Below are positions 10,470 to 23,492 of a stretch of DNA of 64,000 bases, one piece after another; the stretch's first letter is position 1, and each line of letters starts with the position of its first letter. The notes under the pieces are model-generated. The model did no database searches, was not told the origin of the DNA, and was given only the letters and a program-made list of their open reading frames with translations. Location: positions 76,168 through 140,167 of the forward strand of contig JAUQWV010000006.1 of the NCBI GenBank assembly GCA_030834985.1, in the 5' to 3' direction. The translations under genes were made by a program, and so were the position numbers. This DNA is from Candidatus Dojkabacteria bacterium. Lineage in GTDB: Bacteria; Patescibacteriota; Dojkabacteria; J137.

Positions 10470-10937
10470 TTAATTTGTAACAGTATTTTGAGCACATGGC
10501 CCTGCTGAATCGTTACCTAACTGCTGAGCAGTCCCTAGGTTACCCCAGCTACCTGTACCTTCTAACCAAACACCTAATCTGTAGGTTGAGCCTTCTTCAG
10601 TCTCATAACAGTAGGCGGTACCACTTTGTGTTGATTCTGCTCCTGTTATTGGTGTAGCAGCACCTGTTAGCTCTACTACTTTGGCGTTATTGCCTGTTCC
10701 TATTCTTGCTTCTTTCGTGCTTGCAGAGATTGTAACGTCAGGATATCTTCCGTTATCTCCGTAGTAAGCGGCAACTTCTAAGTTAATATTACTTAGAGCA
10801 GCTCTTCTTTCTGTGTCTCTTTGAGACCTTTGCACGGATTGAATACCGAACAAACTTAGGCCCATCAGTACAGCGATAATTGCCATGGCAATTATCAGTT
10901 CAAGTAGGGTAAAACCCTTCTTAAATCTAGTTTGCAT
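10470..10937 (-). CDS. pilA: type IVa major pilin (PilA-like)
   Basis: Canonical KKG|FTLLELIIAMAIIAVL with Glu at +5. C-terminal Cys pair (YCYETEEG...GPCAQN) forming the disulfide D-region. Own terminator. Confidence 0.8.
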   Translation of the reverse strand: MQTRFKKGFTLLELIIAMAIIAVLMGLSLFGIQSVQRSQRDTERRAALSNINLEVAAYYGDNGRYPDVTISASTKEARIGTGNNAKVVELTGAATPITGAESTQSGTAYCYETEEGSTYRLGVWLEGTGSWGNLGTAQQLGNDSAGPCAQNTVTN

Positions 10938-10959
10938 ACTTGACCTTTAATAAATAAAT

Positions 10960-12192
10960 TTAAGCATTTACTAACTGTCCAACTTGGAAGATGGGCAGGT
11001 AAACCGCAATAGCTAAGAAGGCAACTAGCCCTCCTGCAATAACCATAATAAGAGGCTCCATAAGCTTTGTCAAATTATCAGCAAGCTGCTGAACCTCTCC
11101 CTCGTAAAACACAGACATATCTTCTAAAATCTTATCTAATTTTCCAGATTCTTCTCCTGTTGCTATTATTCTAATTAAAACCACAGGGAATGCAACATTT
11201 TCATTATATTTTGCCAGTGCTAAAGATACAGTTGAACCTTTAACAATCTCTTGTTTAGAATTTAAAATTACATTTCTAAAAACTTTGTTCCCGGAAGCAT
11301 TACCTACAATTTCAATGGCTTCAATTATTTGAATTCCACTTTTAGCAAGCATTGCTGTTAACCTGCAGAATTGCGCAACTTCAGACTTTTGAATTAATTG
11401 CCCAAAAATAGGCATTTTTAGTTTTAACCTATCAATAAACTCAGCTCCTTTAGGAGTAGAGTATGCATATTTGTATAATCCGAATATTGAAATAGCTAGT
11501 ATTACAACAATAATCAATGTTGCTATATTATTAAAACTTTCCCCAAGGCTTACTAAAAATTGTGTTACTGCTGGTAGCTCTGCTTGCCCTAAACTTTGGT
11601 ATAAATCCTTAACCTGAGGAATCATTACTGTAATCATTAAAAATACCACCACTATAATTGCAATAAATATTATGGCAGGGTAGATTAATGCACCAGTAAT
11701 TTTACCTTTTAAATTCTTACTTTTTTCTAAATCAATTGCGATTTTTTCCAACATTTCATTTAAATTTGCACTTTGTTCTCCTGCTGCAAGCAAATTTAAG
11801 TGTACGTCAGAAAGTATTCCGCCTTCTTTTTGAAATGATTCTGCAAGGCTAGTACCTGCTTCAATACTTTTATATATATTTTGAAGCTTTAGTTTTAAAG
11901 ATTTTTTTTCAGTTTGCTGAACTAGAATATCAATTGCCTGAATGATTGGAATATTAGCACCAACCATAGTAGAGAGCTGTTTTATTAAAACTACTTTATC
12001 ATTTAAAGGTAGGCCTCCAATGTCTGATTGAAAAACTCGACTTACATCGAAGCCGATATTCTCTGTTATAGATATAATTGTAAAATCCTGACTTTGAAGA
12101 AATTTAACTAGATCATCCTTGCTTGAGGATTCTTTTTCTCCTTCAATCCTTTGTCCGGTACTTGTTGTAACTACGTATTTAAAATATGCCAT
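10960..12192 (-). CDS. pilC: type IV pilus inner-membrane platform protein PilC (GspF family)
   Basis: 410 aa with two GspF repeats and three TM segments. Adjacent to pilB/pilT. Confidence 0.85.
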   Translation of the reverse strand: MAYFKYVVTTSTGQRIEGEKESSSKDDLVKFLQSQDFTIISITENIGFDVSRVFQSDIGGLPLNDKVVLIKQLSTMVGANIPIIQAIDILVQQTEKKSLKLKLQNIYKSIEAGTSLAESFQKEGGILSDVHLNLLAAGEQSANLNEMLEKIAIDLEKSKNLKGKITGALIYPAIIFIAIIVVVFLMITVMIPQVKDLYQSLGQAELPAVTQFLVSLGESFNNIATLIIVVILAISIFGLYKYAYSTPKGAEFIDRLKLKMPIFGQLIQKSEVAQFCRLTAMLAKSGIQIIEAIEIVGNASGNKVFRNVILNSKQEIVKGSTVSLALAKYNENVAFPVVLIRIIATGEESGKLDKILEDMSVFYEGEVQQLADNLTKLMEPLIMVIAGGLVAFLAIAVYLPIFQVGQLVNA

Positions 12193-13770
12193 TTATTGTT
12201 GTAATAAAATGTCAATCTCATTAGGATTTACACTTAATGATTTTGCTTGATCTTTAGATATCAAGCCCTGTTTTACCATTAAAACGAGTGATTTCTCCAT
12301 TGATATCATACCCGTATCGCTGCTTGTTTGAATAATATTATCGATCTGGAACGTCTTTTTTTCTCTTACAGCATTTCTTACACTTGGAGTAGATAGTAAG
12401 ATCTCAACAGCAGGCTTTCGGCCGCCTGAAGGGAGCGGAACCAGTTTTTGAGAGATTACAGCTCTAAGTACTGAGGACAACTGTACCCTTATTTGGTCCT
12501 GTTTTTGACTATCAAATATATCAATAACCCTATTTATAGTTTCGCTAGCACCATTTGTATGTAAGGTGGCAAAGACCAAATGTCCAGTTTCTGCAATCTG
12601 CAAAGCAGCTTCAACTGTTTCAAGGTCACGCATTTCACCTACCAAAACAACATCAGGATCCTGTCTTAAAACTGACCTTAATGCGTTGTCCCAAGAAGTA
12701 AAATCTATTCCAAATTCTCTTTGATCAACAAGTCCCATTCCTTTTGGAAATACAAATTCAATCGGATCTTCTAAGGTTACAATATGCTTTGGCTGTGTAA
12801 GATTAATTTGATTTAATATAGCGGCAATTGTTGTTGACTTACCACTACCAGTTGGACCAGTTACCAGAACTAACCCATTAGGAAAATCTGCAAACTGATT
12901 AATCCCTTCAGGCATTCCAAGCTCTGCAATACTTAAAATCTTCTCAGGAATTATTCTTAACGCGATTGAAAAATTACCTGTCTGTTTAAATATGTTTACT
13001 CTAAAACGCCTGTCATTCCAAGTGTATGTTAAATCTACTTCATTAATATTTTCTATTTTTATCTCTTGTCGATTTTTTAATAATTCCTGAACATATTTAT
13101 TTACAATATCTTCTGTTAGAACAGTAGAGGAGGCTAGTTCAAGTTTGCCATCAACTCTAATCATAGTTCTGTAGCCTGGAGTTAAATGAATATCAGAAGC
13201 TTTCTGTTTTATACCTATATCCAGAATCTCAGATAGTTCAAGGTGCCTTCCATTTGTATCAACTATAGGTTTTGCTTTCTCAACTTTTGCTTCAGCAGGT
13301 GGGTTAATCTGAGGAATTTCAGTAATTAACCTCTCCTTAGCCTGTATTGGCTCAGCTTCTGTATTCTGAATCTGTGGAACTTCCAGTTTCATAGAAGCTT
13401 CAAGCTCAGGTAGAGTAGTTGGGCTTTGTGGAACATTAATTTCTAAAGTTTCATTTGCTACATTCGGTATTTTTGCTTGTAAATCAGCAACTTCAGCAGG
13501 ATTATTTACCAGTGGAGGTAAGTTTTGTACTGAATCAGCTTCTAAATCAGGTATATTAGAAAGTTTGTTTTCTAAAGAATCTTTAATATCTTTAGCTTCC
13601 TCAACCTGCGGTTCTTGTACTGGTCCTGAATACTCTTTAACATCATCATCACTATTTGTATTTGTGACAGCAACATTTGAAGAATAATTTGCTGGAGGTG
13701 TCACAAAATTAGGGAGAGGAGAGCCGATAATTTTTGGATCTGTTGTATTGTTTATATTTATTAAAGGCAT
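12193..13770 (-). CDS. pilT: twitching-motility retraction ATPase PilT, with ~190-aa Pro/Glu/Gln-rich N-terminal extension
   Basis: LVLVTGPTGSGKSTT Walker A, DPIEF, LRQDPDVVLVGEMRD, TGHLVFATLHTN PilT motifs in the C-terminal 330 aa. Confidence 0.8.
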   Translation of the reverse strand: MPLININNTTDPKIIGSPLPNFVTPPANYSSNVAVTNTNSDDDVKEYSGPVQEPQVEEAKDIKDSLENKLSNIPDLEADSVQNLPPLVNNPAEVADLQAKIPNVANETLEINVPQSPTTLPELEASMKLEVPQIQNTEAEPIQAKERLITEIPQINPPAEAKVEKAKPIVDTNGRHLELSEILDIGIKQKASDIHLTPGYRTMIRVDGKLELASSTVLTEDIVNKYVQELLKNRQEIKIENINEVDLTYTWNDRRFRVNIFKQTGNFSIALRIIPEKILSIAELGMPEGINQFADFPNGLVLVTGPTGSGKSTTIAAILNQINLTQPKHIVTLEDPIEFVFPKGMGLVDQREFGIDFTSWDNALRSVLRQDPDVVLVGEMRDLETVEAALQIAETGHLVFATLHTNGASETINRVIDIFDSQKQDQIRVQLSSVLRAVISQKLVPLPSGGRKPAVEILLSTPSVRNAVREKKTFQIDNIIQTSSDTGMISMEKSLVLMVKQGLISKDQAKSLSVNPNEIDILLQQ

Positions 13771-13835
13771 AGTTGAATAAACAAACTTATTACACTAAAT
13801 ATTTAACTATATTTTGAAATCACTTACAAGGAGTT

Positions 13836-15620
13836 TTACTCGTTCTTAACTCTTAATACTTCCTCGATTGTAGTTATACCTTCTAAAGCTTTAATAAAAC
13901 CGTCTTGCTGCATTGAAACCATGCCTTCTTTTTGAGCTTGCTCATTGATCTCTGAAATTGTTGAGTTTGTCATTACCATCTTAGAAATAGTTTCGGACAT
14001 TTTCAGTGCTTCAAATATTCCAGTTCTACTTATGTAGCCAGTATTATTACATTTCGGACACCCTTTTGGTTTATATAAAGTTACAGCTTTTGTATTTTTA
14101 TCAAAATGAAGTTTTAACTTATGATTTTCGTCATAGATATTAAAACCGTTTAATGTATCTAAAGACTCATGAAGAGTATCTAAAATCTCAGGAGTAGCTT
14201 CATATGGTTCTTTACATTCACAAAGTACTCTTACAAGTCTTTGCGCCATAACTACATTAACTGTAGAAATTAGAAGGAATGGCTCAACACCCATATCAAT
14301 CATTCTAATGAATGCGCCGGCGGCGCTGTTAGTGTGCACAGTAGATAAAACAAGTCGTCCAACCAGCGCCGCCTGCACAGACAACGCAGCTGTTTCTGAA
14401 TCTCTAATTTCACCAACCAATATTATATCTGGGTCCTGTCTTAAGAAAGACCTTAACCCGTTTGCAAAGGTTAAACCTACATCAGCATTTACCTGAACCT
14501 GATTAACACCATCAACTCTAATTTCAACAGGGTCTTCTAATGTCACAATATTCACCTCTGGAGTATTTAAAATCTTTAAACAACTAGCTAAAGTCTGTGT
14601 TTTTCCACTACCAGTTGGTCCAGTTACTAATATGATTCCCTGTGTCTTTTTAAGTGCATCTTGCAACCTTGCAAGACTTAAACCTCTAATACCAATTTGG
14701 TCTAAACTCATTACTGTTTGAGATTTTTGAAGAAGCCTCATTACAATTTTTTCTCCATATATACTTGGCATTATAGAAACACGGACATCAGTAATACCAC
14801 TACCGCTTTTTACTTGAAAACGTCCATCTTGAGGAACCCTATGCTCATCAATCTTTAGGCTAGAAAGAATTTTAATTCTGGAAACCAAAGGGTTTAAAAG
14901 TTTCTTTGGAATAGTAAGTTTTTCCGATAAAACACCTCGAACTCGAAAACGTACCGATACTTTTTTTTCACGAGGCTCAACATGGATATCCGAAGCTTTA
15001 TTTTTAATACCGTAATCCATAATCATATTAACAATCTTGATTATTGGAGCTTTATCCAAGTCTTGGCCAAGTTCGTTATCTTGATAACTTACACCTAAAT
15101 CGAGCAGAGTATCGTCACCAACTTCCTCTAAAGCTTCATCTACCTCTTTGCCTATTTGTGCGCCATATTTAGTATCAATTATGTGATTGATATCTTCTTC
15201 TGAAGAATAGTATGTTTGAATTCTCTTACCAATTATAGATTCTAAATACTTTACCTTCTGTAAATCTAGAGGATCTTTTAATGCAACCTTTACATAATTT
15301 GGAGTATCTTCAAAAGCAATTGCTAAACTAGACTTTGCAGTTTCTAAGGGAATCTTGTTTAGAGTCTCTACATTAATATCAACCTCTTCTAAATCTACAT
15401 ATTCCATCCCTTGCATTTCGGCATAAGTCTTTGAAATATCTACCGCATTAACCATATTATGTGCAATCAAAAGGTCTTCAGGTTTTTTACCAGTATTAAC
15501 AGCTTCAAATTTTACAGAATTGTACTGCTCTGGATTTATAAACCCTTTTGCAAGAATTGCATCTAAAATATTTGTAATGCCCTTTACAGAAGCAACATTG
15601 TTACCAGAAGAATCGTTCAT
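13836..15620 (-). CDS. pilB: type IV pilus assembly ATPase PilB (GspE family)
   Basis: GIILVTGPTGSGKTQTL Walker A. Tetracysteine motif CECKEPYEA...CPKCNNTGY. N-terminal GSPII-type domain. Confidence 0.9.
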   Translation of the reverse strand: MNDSSGNNVASVKGITNILDAILAKGFINPEQYNSVKFEAVNTGKKPEDLLIAHNMVNAVDISKTYAEMQGMEYVDLEEVDINVETLNKIPLETAKSSLAIAFEDTPNYVKVALKDPLDLQKVKYLESIIGKRIQTYYSSEEDINHIIDTKYGAQIGKEVDEALEEVGDDTLLDLGVSYQDNELGQDLDKAPIIKIVNMIMDYGIKNKASDIHVEPREKKVSVRFRVRGVLSEKLTIPKKLLNPLVSRIKILSSLKIDEHRVPQDGRFQVKSGSGITDVRVSIMPSIYGEKIVMRLLQKSQTVMSLDQIGIRGLSLARLQDALKKTQGIILVTGPTGSGKTQTLASCLKILNTPEVNIVTLEDPVEIRVDGVNQVQVNADVGLTFANGLRSFLRQDPDIILVGEIRDSETAALSVQAALVGRLVLSTVHTNSAAGAFIRMIDMGVEPFLLISTVNVVMAQRLVRVLCECKEPYEATPEILDTLHESLDTLNGFNIYDENHKLKLHFDKNTKAVTLYKPKGCPKCNNTGYISRTGIFEALKMSETISKMVMTNSTISEINEQAQKEGMVSMQQDGFIKALEGITTIEEVLRVKNE

Positions 15621-15675
15621 TAATTAAGGGATTTACTGTTAAAATTGTTTCATAGTCCATTATTACTAATTTAAA

Positions 15676-16308
15676 ATGAAATATCAATCAGTAATTGTAG
15701 AGAGTAGAGAAGCTTTTCAAAAAGATGATATAGAAAGCATCTTAAAAGATAAATTAAATATCTCAGAACCGATTTTAAATACAAACATTTTTATGATAGA
15801 AAAGCCGGAAGATAAAGCAAGTATTGGTATTGGTGATGTTTCTAATGTAGTAGAGTGGGCTTATCGTAAAGATACCGACTTAAAACTAATCGAAATAAAA
15901 AATGCAGATTTACTTACAGATCAGGCTCAAAATGCAATGCTTAAGTTAATTGAAGAGCCGCCTGAAAACGTACTAGTATTACTAATAACTCCAAACAGTA
16001 GTTCAATCCTACAGACAATAAGATCCAGATGTATTCTTATTACTACAACTGCCGCTAACTTTAATACATCAGAGCTTGCTAAAAAATTTATTGAAGCAGG
16101 CTACTTGGAAAGGACAAAGATAATAGATAAAATGTTAAGTGAAGATACTAATCGAGCTAGTGTTGCCGAATTTATTGAAGAGTTATTAAGGCTTAATTTA
16201 AATAAAAAAAATACTGACAGCATTAGCGAAATCAAAGAGGTTTATCGAGCTGTAAAGAGAGGAGTAAATTTGAAATTGTGTTTAGACTATTTGAATATAC
16301 TTATTTAA
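15676..16308 (+). CDS. holB: DNA polymerase III clamp-loader delta-prime-like subunit, minimal form lacking N-terminal P-loop domain
   Basis: DQAQNAMLKLIEEPPENVLVLLITPNSSSILQTIRSRC matches the clamp-loader box VII/SRC motif. Only 210 aa. Confidence 0.6.
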   Translation: MKYQSVIVESREAFQKDDIESILKDKLNISEPILNTNIFMIEKPEDKASIGIGDVSNVVEWAYRKDTDLKLIEIKNADLLTDQAQNAMLKLIEEPPENVLVLLITPNSSSILQTIRSRCILITTTAANFNTSELAKKFIEAGYLERTKIIDKMLSEDTNRASVAEFIEELLRLNLNKKNTDSISEIKEVYRAVKRGVNLKLCLDYLNILI

Positions 16309-16337
16309 AATTTAAAATAATTTATTAGTAACTACAT

Positions 16338-18936
<2,599 letters not shown>

Positions 18937-18952
18937 AGTTAACTAAGAGTAT

Positions 18953-21577
18953 ATGAACGAAAACGTAATGCAAACAACAATTGAAACATCAACTGATCCA
19001 AACTTAATAAATCAGGATATAGTTTCAGAGTTAAAGAAAAGCTATATCAACTACGCTATGAGCGTTATTGTAGCTAGAGCCTTACCGGATGTTCGAGACG
19101 GTTTAAAGCCTGTACAGCGTAGAATAATGTACTCAATGTACGCAAGCGGTGTATTGCCAAGTACTCCATATAAAAAAGTGGCTAGAATTGTAGGAGACGT
19201 TATGGGTAAGTATCACCCCCATGGTGATGCTTCGGTAGCGGATGCACTTGTAAGAATGGGACAGGACTTTAGTATGCGATATACATTGGTTGATGGACAA
19301 GGTAACTATGGTTCAATTGACGGCGACCCTGCTGCTGCAATGAGATATATCGAAGCTAGACTTGAAAAGATAGGTCATGAGATGCTTAAAGGAGTAGAGG
19401 AAACCGTTGATTTTGTTCCAAATTACGATGGAAATGAAACAGAACCTCAAGTATTACCCGCAGCATTGCCAAATCTATTGTTAAATGGAGCAGAGGGAAT
19501 TGCTGTTGGTATGGCAACTAAAATTCCTCCACACAACTTAAGTGAAGTGATCAACGCACTTATAAAGATGATTGATACTGGTAATACATGGGATTTTACG
19601 CAATTAGAGGAACTTAAACTGGACTATAAAGATGCGTTAAAGAGACGTGACGACATAGCTAACTTACCTAAAAATAGATTTCACAGATTTAACACTTCTT
19701 TAGAGATTAAAGAGCTTTTAACAGAAATTAAAGGTCCAGATTTTCCTACTGGAGCTCACATATACAATGCAAAAGCAATTTCAAGTGTATACGAGACTGG
19801 ACGAGGCGGAGTTTTAATGCGAGGCGTATCTGAAATCGAAGAAATGAAAGGCGGTAAATATAGAATCCTAATTACACAACTGCCATATCAGGTTAATAAA
19901 GCAATGCTTATAACCAAAATAGCCCAGCTTTATAAAGATAAAAAAATAGAAGGGATATCTGATCTGCGTGATGAATCCAACAAACAAGGAATTAGAATTG
20001 TTATTGAACTAAAGAAAGATGCAAAACCAAAGACTGTACAAAACCAGTTATATAAATATACTGAACTCCAAAAGAACTTTAATGTAAACATGCTTGCGCT
20101 TGTAAATAATGAGCCAAGATTATTAAATCTAAAAGAAGTTCTTGAGTTCTTTCTTACTCATAGACAGGAAATTGTAATTAGAAGAAGCGAATTTGATTTA
20201 GGTAAAACCCGTGAACGTGAACATATTTTAGAAGGTTTAATGATTGCATTAGACCACCTAGATGAGGTTATAAATACAATTAGAAGCTCTAAAGATGCAG
20301 ATACAGCAAAAACTGCTTTAATAACTAAATTTAAGCTTAGTGATATCCAAGCTCAAGCTATTCTAGACATGCAGTTAAGAAGATTAGCAGCTCTTGAAAG
20401 ACAAAAGATCGAAGATGAATACAAAGAGGTCTTAAAGCATATCGAAGACTTACTATTCATTTTAAATACTCCTGAAAAAGTACTTGGAATCATCAAATCT
20501 GAATTACTTGAAATGAAAGACAAGTTTGGCGACACTCGACGAACTAAAGTGTTTAAAGGCGATGTAGACGAGTTTAGTGCAGAGGACTTAATTACTGAAG
20601 AGCAAACCTTTATAACTATTAGTACACAAGGATATATAAAACGAGTTAAAGATGATACATACAAAGCTCAAAAGCGGGGCGGAGTAGGAGTAAAAGCTCA
20701 AACTACAAAAGAGGAAGACTCTGTAAGACATGTGTTTAGCTGCTCTACTCATGATGAAGTATTGTTCTTTAGTAATCTTGGAAAGGTTTATTCACTAAAG
20801 GTTTATGACATTCCAGAAGCTTCAAGAACAGCTAAAGGGATTCCTTTAGTAAATCTGGTTAATATTAGCCAAGGTGAACTTATAACTACAGTACTTACAA
20901 GAAGTGCTGCAGGACATATTCTAGATGAAGATATTCATCAAGAAGGCGAAATTAAATCCGAAGCTAGTGGTAAAGAATATAAGTATTTATTTATGGCAAC
21001 ACGTAAAGGTACTGTAAAGAAGACAGAAATAAAAGAATATGACAACATTAGAGCTAACGGACTAATAGCAATCGCCTTAACAGATAACGATGAGCTCATT
21101 TGGGTAAAACCAACCACAGGTGATAGCGAAATAATCTTAGTTACTAAAGAAGCTAAATCGATTCATTTCCATGAAGAAGATGTAAGGGAAACTGGAAGGG
21201 CTTCTCAGGGAGTTCGAGGTATCAAGCTAAAAGAAACTGATGAAGTTATATCTATGGATGTTATTCGTAGAAAAGAAGATTTGATGCTTACTATATCTGA
21301 ACACGGATTTGGTAAGGTTACGCAACTAGGACAGTTTACTTTACAGAACCGTGGTGGGTCAGGAATATTTGCTGCTAAGGTGAATGCTAAAACCGGAAAA
21401 CTTATTGTTGCAAGGGTTTTAGACCATCCAGAAAAAGAGCTTTTAATTCTAAGTGCAAAAGGACAAGCAGTACGAATACCTACAAACAGCTTGCCTTTAA
21501 GAAATCGACAAACATCAGGTGTAACTTTAATGCGTGTTAAAGATGGTGATAAAGTTTCTGCAGCAACTATAGTTTAA
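18953..21577 (+). CDS. gyrA: DNA gyrase subunit A
   Basis: Active-site region [10 protein letters not shown] with catalytic Tyr, ahead of the [12 protein letters not shown] motif. C-terminal beta-pinwheel repeats. Confidence 0.95.
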   Translation: MNENVMQTTIETSTDPNLINQDIVSELKKSYINYAMSVIVARALPDVRDGLKPVQRRIMYSMYASGVLPSTPYKKVARIVGDVMGKYHPHGDASVADALVRMGQDFSMRYTLVDGQGNYGSIDGDPAAAMRYIEARLEKIGHEMLKGVEETVDFVPNYDGNETEPQVLPAALPNLLLNGAEGIAVGMATKIPPHNLSEVINALIKMIDTGNTWDFTQLEELKLDYKDALKRRDDIANLPKNRFHRFNTSLEIKELLTEIKGPDFPTGAHIYNAKAISSVYETGRGGVLMRGVSEIEEMKGGKYRILITQLPYQVNKAMLITKIAQLYKDKKIEGISDLRDESNKQGIRIVIELKKDAKPKTVQNQLYKYTELQKNFNVNMLALVNNEPRLLNLKEVLEFFLTHRQEIVIRRSEFDLGKTREREHILEGLMIALDHLDEVINTIRSSKDADTAKTALITKFKLSDIQAQAILDMQLRRLAALERQKIEDEYKEVLKHIEDLLFILNTPEKVLGIIKSELLEMKDKFGDTRRTKVFKGDVDEFSAEDLITEEQTFITISTQGYIKRVKDDTYKAQKRGGVGVKAQTTKEEDSVRHVFSCSTHDEVLFFSNLGKVYSLKVYDIPEASRTAKGIPLVNLVNISQGELITTVLTRSAAGHILDEDIHQEGEIKSEASGKEYKYLFMATRKGTVKKTEIKEYDNIRANGLIAIALTDNDELIWVKPTTGDSEIILVTKEAKSIHFHEEDVRETGRASQGVRGIKLKETDEVISMDVIRRKEDLMLTISEHGFGKVTQLGQFTLQNRGGSGIFAAKVNAKTGKLIVARVLDHPEKELLILSAKGQAVRIPTNSLPLRNRQTSGVTLMRVKDGDKVSAATIV

Positions 21578-21597
21578 AAGCTTATAATTGTAATCTT

Positions 21598-21628
21598 AAG
21601 AAGTCCCATTTTTGGGACTTCTTTTTTT
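21598..21628 (+). terminator. intrinsic terminator after gyrA
   Basis: AAGAAGTCCCA tttt TGGGACTTCTT followed by TTTTTT. Confidence 0.85.
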
Positions 21629-21645
21629 ATATATTTCACAAAAAA

Positions 21646-22156
21646 ATTATACTCAGTAAACTTGCTGTTTTAATATTAAACATTTATTTCAAAAAAGTTC
21701 TTATAACAAATTTTTAAACTTCAATATTAAATTTTAGACTAAATATAAAAAGATGTTTTTAAGACAAAATAATAAGAATAAGATAAAAATTTACTAAATC
21801 CGTACAAAAACTATCAAAAGTCTTTAATCTCTTTCTAGTATAAGGCGCCCACAAGAATCGCGTTTAAATGCGTTTTAAGGCGCCTTGTTTGATTAAGTGG
21901 TATCAAGTGTCGTCTCCAAAATAAGCAAATAGAGCAGTTTAACCAAACAAGGCGCCAAAAAGCCCAATTTCTTCTAAAAACGCAAAAATTGATGAAGCTT
22001 AGAAAACCTTCAAAGAAATAAGAAAAATAAAAACAGAGAAAATCAATAAATATAAGCAAAAAACGAAATATAAAAAACTTAAAATTATTACTAAATAAAG
22101 GGACTAGAGGATATAAGTCAGGGTACATTCTAGGAACCAATCTTACTGAGTATAAT
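21646..22156. repeat. Perfect 14-bp inverted repeat pair (ATTATACTCAGTAA / TTACTGAGTATAAT) flanking a ~480-bp AT-rich non-coding stretch containing three GGCGCC sites
   Basis: IR at 21646-21659 and 22143-22156. Internal long-range stem GGCGCCTTGTTTG (21880-21892) / CAAACAAGGCGCC (21945-21957). Confidence 0.4.
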
Positions 22157-22304
22157 ATCCCTTATATTTACTCAGGCATAGAGTATGCGTAACAAATTAG
22201 CTTTAAATGAGTACTTTTATGTATACAGACGTTATAAGTTGAGAATTTATATAAGCTCTAAATGCCTCCAAATATGTGAATTTAAAATCTTGCCTGCGAA
22301 TTTA

Positions 22305-23468
22305 TTAAATTATACTTCCGTTAATGCCCCATACACTATTCGTGACGAGCAGGAGTGTGATTAAACCTATTAGAAGGCCGTACTCTACCCAAAGAGACCT
22401 GCCAACCTTACCTCGTACTTCTAAGGCTACATTGAAGATTATGTAGTAAATAATAGCCAGCACAAGAATCGAATATATACTCTCAATCGGCCATACAGAT
22501 ATAGCTAAGATTGCTATAAACATTACTAGTACTACCGATAATGCTCTAAGAAGCAAATGATACTCACTAAGCTCTTTTATGGACGATAATGCTGAGTATG
22601 TAAAATAAAATACAAAGGCAAGTACTAGCCCTAGTTTTAGTATTAAATTAAAATTAGAGCTAAAGGTAAAAATGAGCATTATATAAGTAGAAACTAGCCC
22701 AAAAATGAATTGAGACGCCTTTGCTGCCTGCTCTAGAGGCAACTGTCCCAATATTGTTGCACCGTTTAGAATATTAGCAGTCAACATTAAAAGATAGCTA
22801 ACAAATACAACACCTAAAGACGCACCTAAGGCAAAGATAAACTTATAGCTGGTAGTATTTATAGTTAAGATAATTGAGGAACTTAGTACTAGTAAAGGGA
22901 TTAGAACAACTGTCGGATATAGCGCTATAGTGAAGAAACGTTTCCCTTTCACCTTGTAAAACAGTACCCAATTTGTAAAGAAAAATACCAGCGCCCCTAT
23001 AAATATAGCTAAAATTGCTATGTTGCCATATGTGATTGTAGCTTCATTTACAGGATTAAGTACTATCGTAGCATTCTGGCTTTTAGTAGTGACATTAGTC
23101 TGTGCTAAGTTAGATATATTCCCTGAGGCATCTTTACTACCAACCTGTACTGTATATTCTTTCCCTTCTATGAGGCTATAAATCTCATAGTTATCCACAC
23201 TCTTGTTGTTAAGTTTTTCATCGTTTATCTCTTCTCCATCTAAGGTTATATAGTAACCTATAACATCATGTTCATCCGCTCTGCTCCATGATAAATCAAG
23301 CTCTCTAGCTTTCTGAATGATTGTAACGTTATTTACTGGATTTGGAGGTAATAAAATTTCATAAACAATCTTAGATAGTGGACTTGTTATAAAGAACACC
23401 ACTATTCCTATTATTATTACGCTAAAAATAGCTCTTTGCCTTGTATTAAATTTCTTTAACTTTTTCAT
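22305..23468 (-). CDS. polytopic membrane protein with N-terminal extracytoplasmic fibronectin-III-like domain, function unknown
   Basis: Signal anchor, then LSWSRADEHDVIGYYITLDGEE...YTVQVGSKDASGNIS (FN3-like beta-sandwich pattern), then ~9 TM helices. Confidence 0.45.
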   Translation of the reverse strand: MKKLKKFNTRQRAIFSVIIIGIVVFFITSPLSKIVYEILLPPNPVNNVTIIQKARELDLSWSRADEHDVIGYYITLDGEEINDEKLNNKSVDNYEIYSLIEGKEYTVQVGSKDASGNISNLAQTNVTTKSQNATIVLNPVNEATITYGNIAILAIFIGALVFFFTNWVLFYKVKGKRFFTIALYPTVVLIPLLVLSSSIILTINTTSYKFIFALGASLGVVFVSYLLMLTANILNGATILGQLPLEQAAKASQFIFGLVSTYIMLIFTFSSNFNLILKLGLVLAFVFYFTYSALSSIKELSEYHLLLRALSVVLVMFIAILAISVWPIESIYSILVLAIIYYIIFNVALEVRGKVGRSLWVEYGLLIGLITLLLVTNSVWGINGSII

Positions 23469-23492
23469 TTAATATCCATTATAAATTATTAC

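Noticed and set aside
21835-22140. 101-aa minus-strand ORF in the gyrA-downstream gap
   Set aside because: It is extremely Phe/Leu/Tyr-rich low-complexity and results from reading AT-rich non-coding DNA. It has no start context. The region is better explained as a structured non-coding element.
21629-22304. tmRNA, SRP RNA or RNase P RNA in the 680-bp gap
   Set aside because: By eye there are no tmRNA tag-reading-frame/T-arm motifs, no SRP domain IV GGAA/GNRA-type motif, and no RNase P P4 consensus. Left as unassigned structured region.
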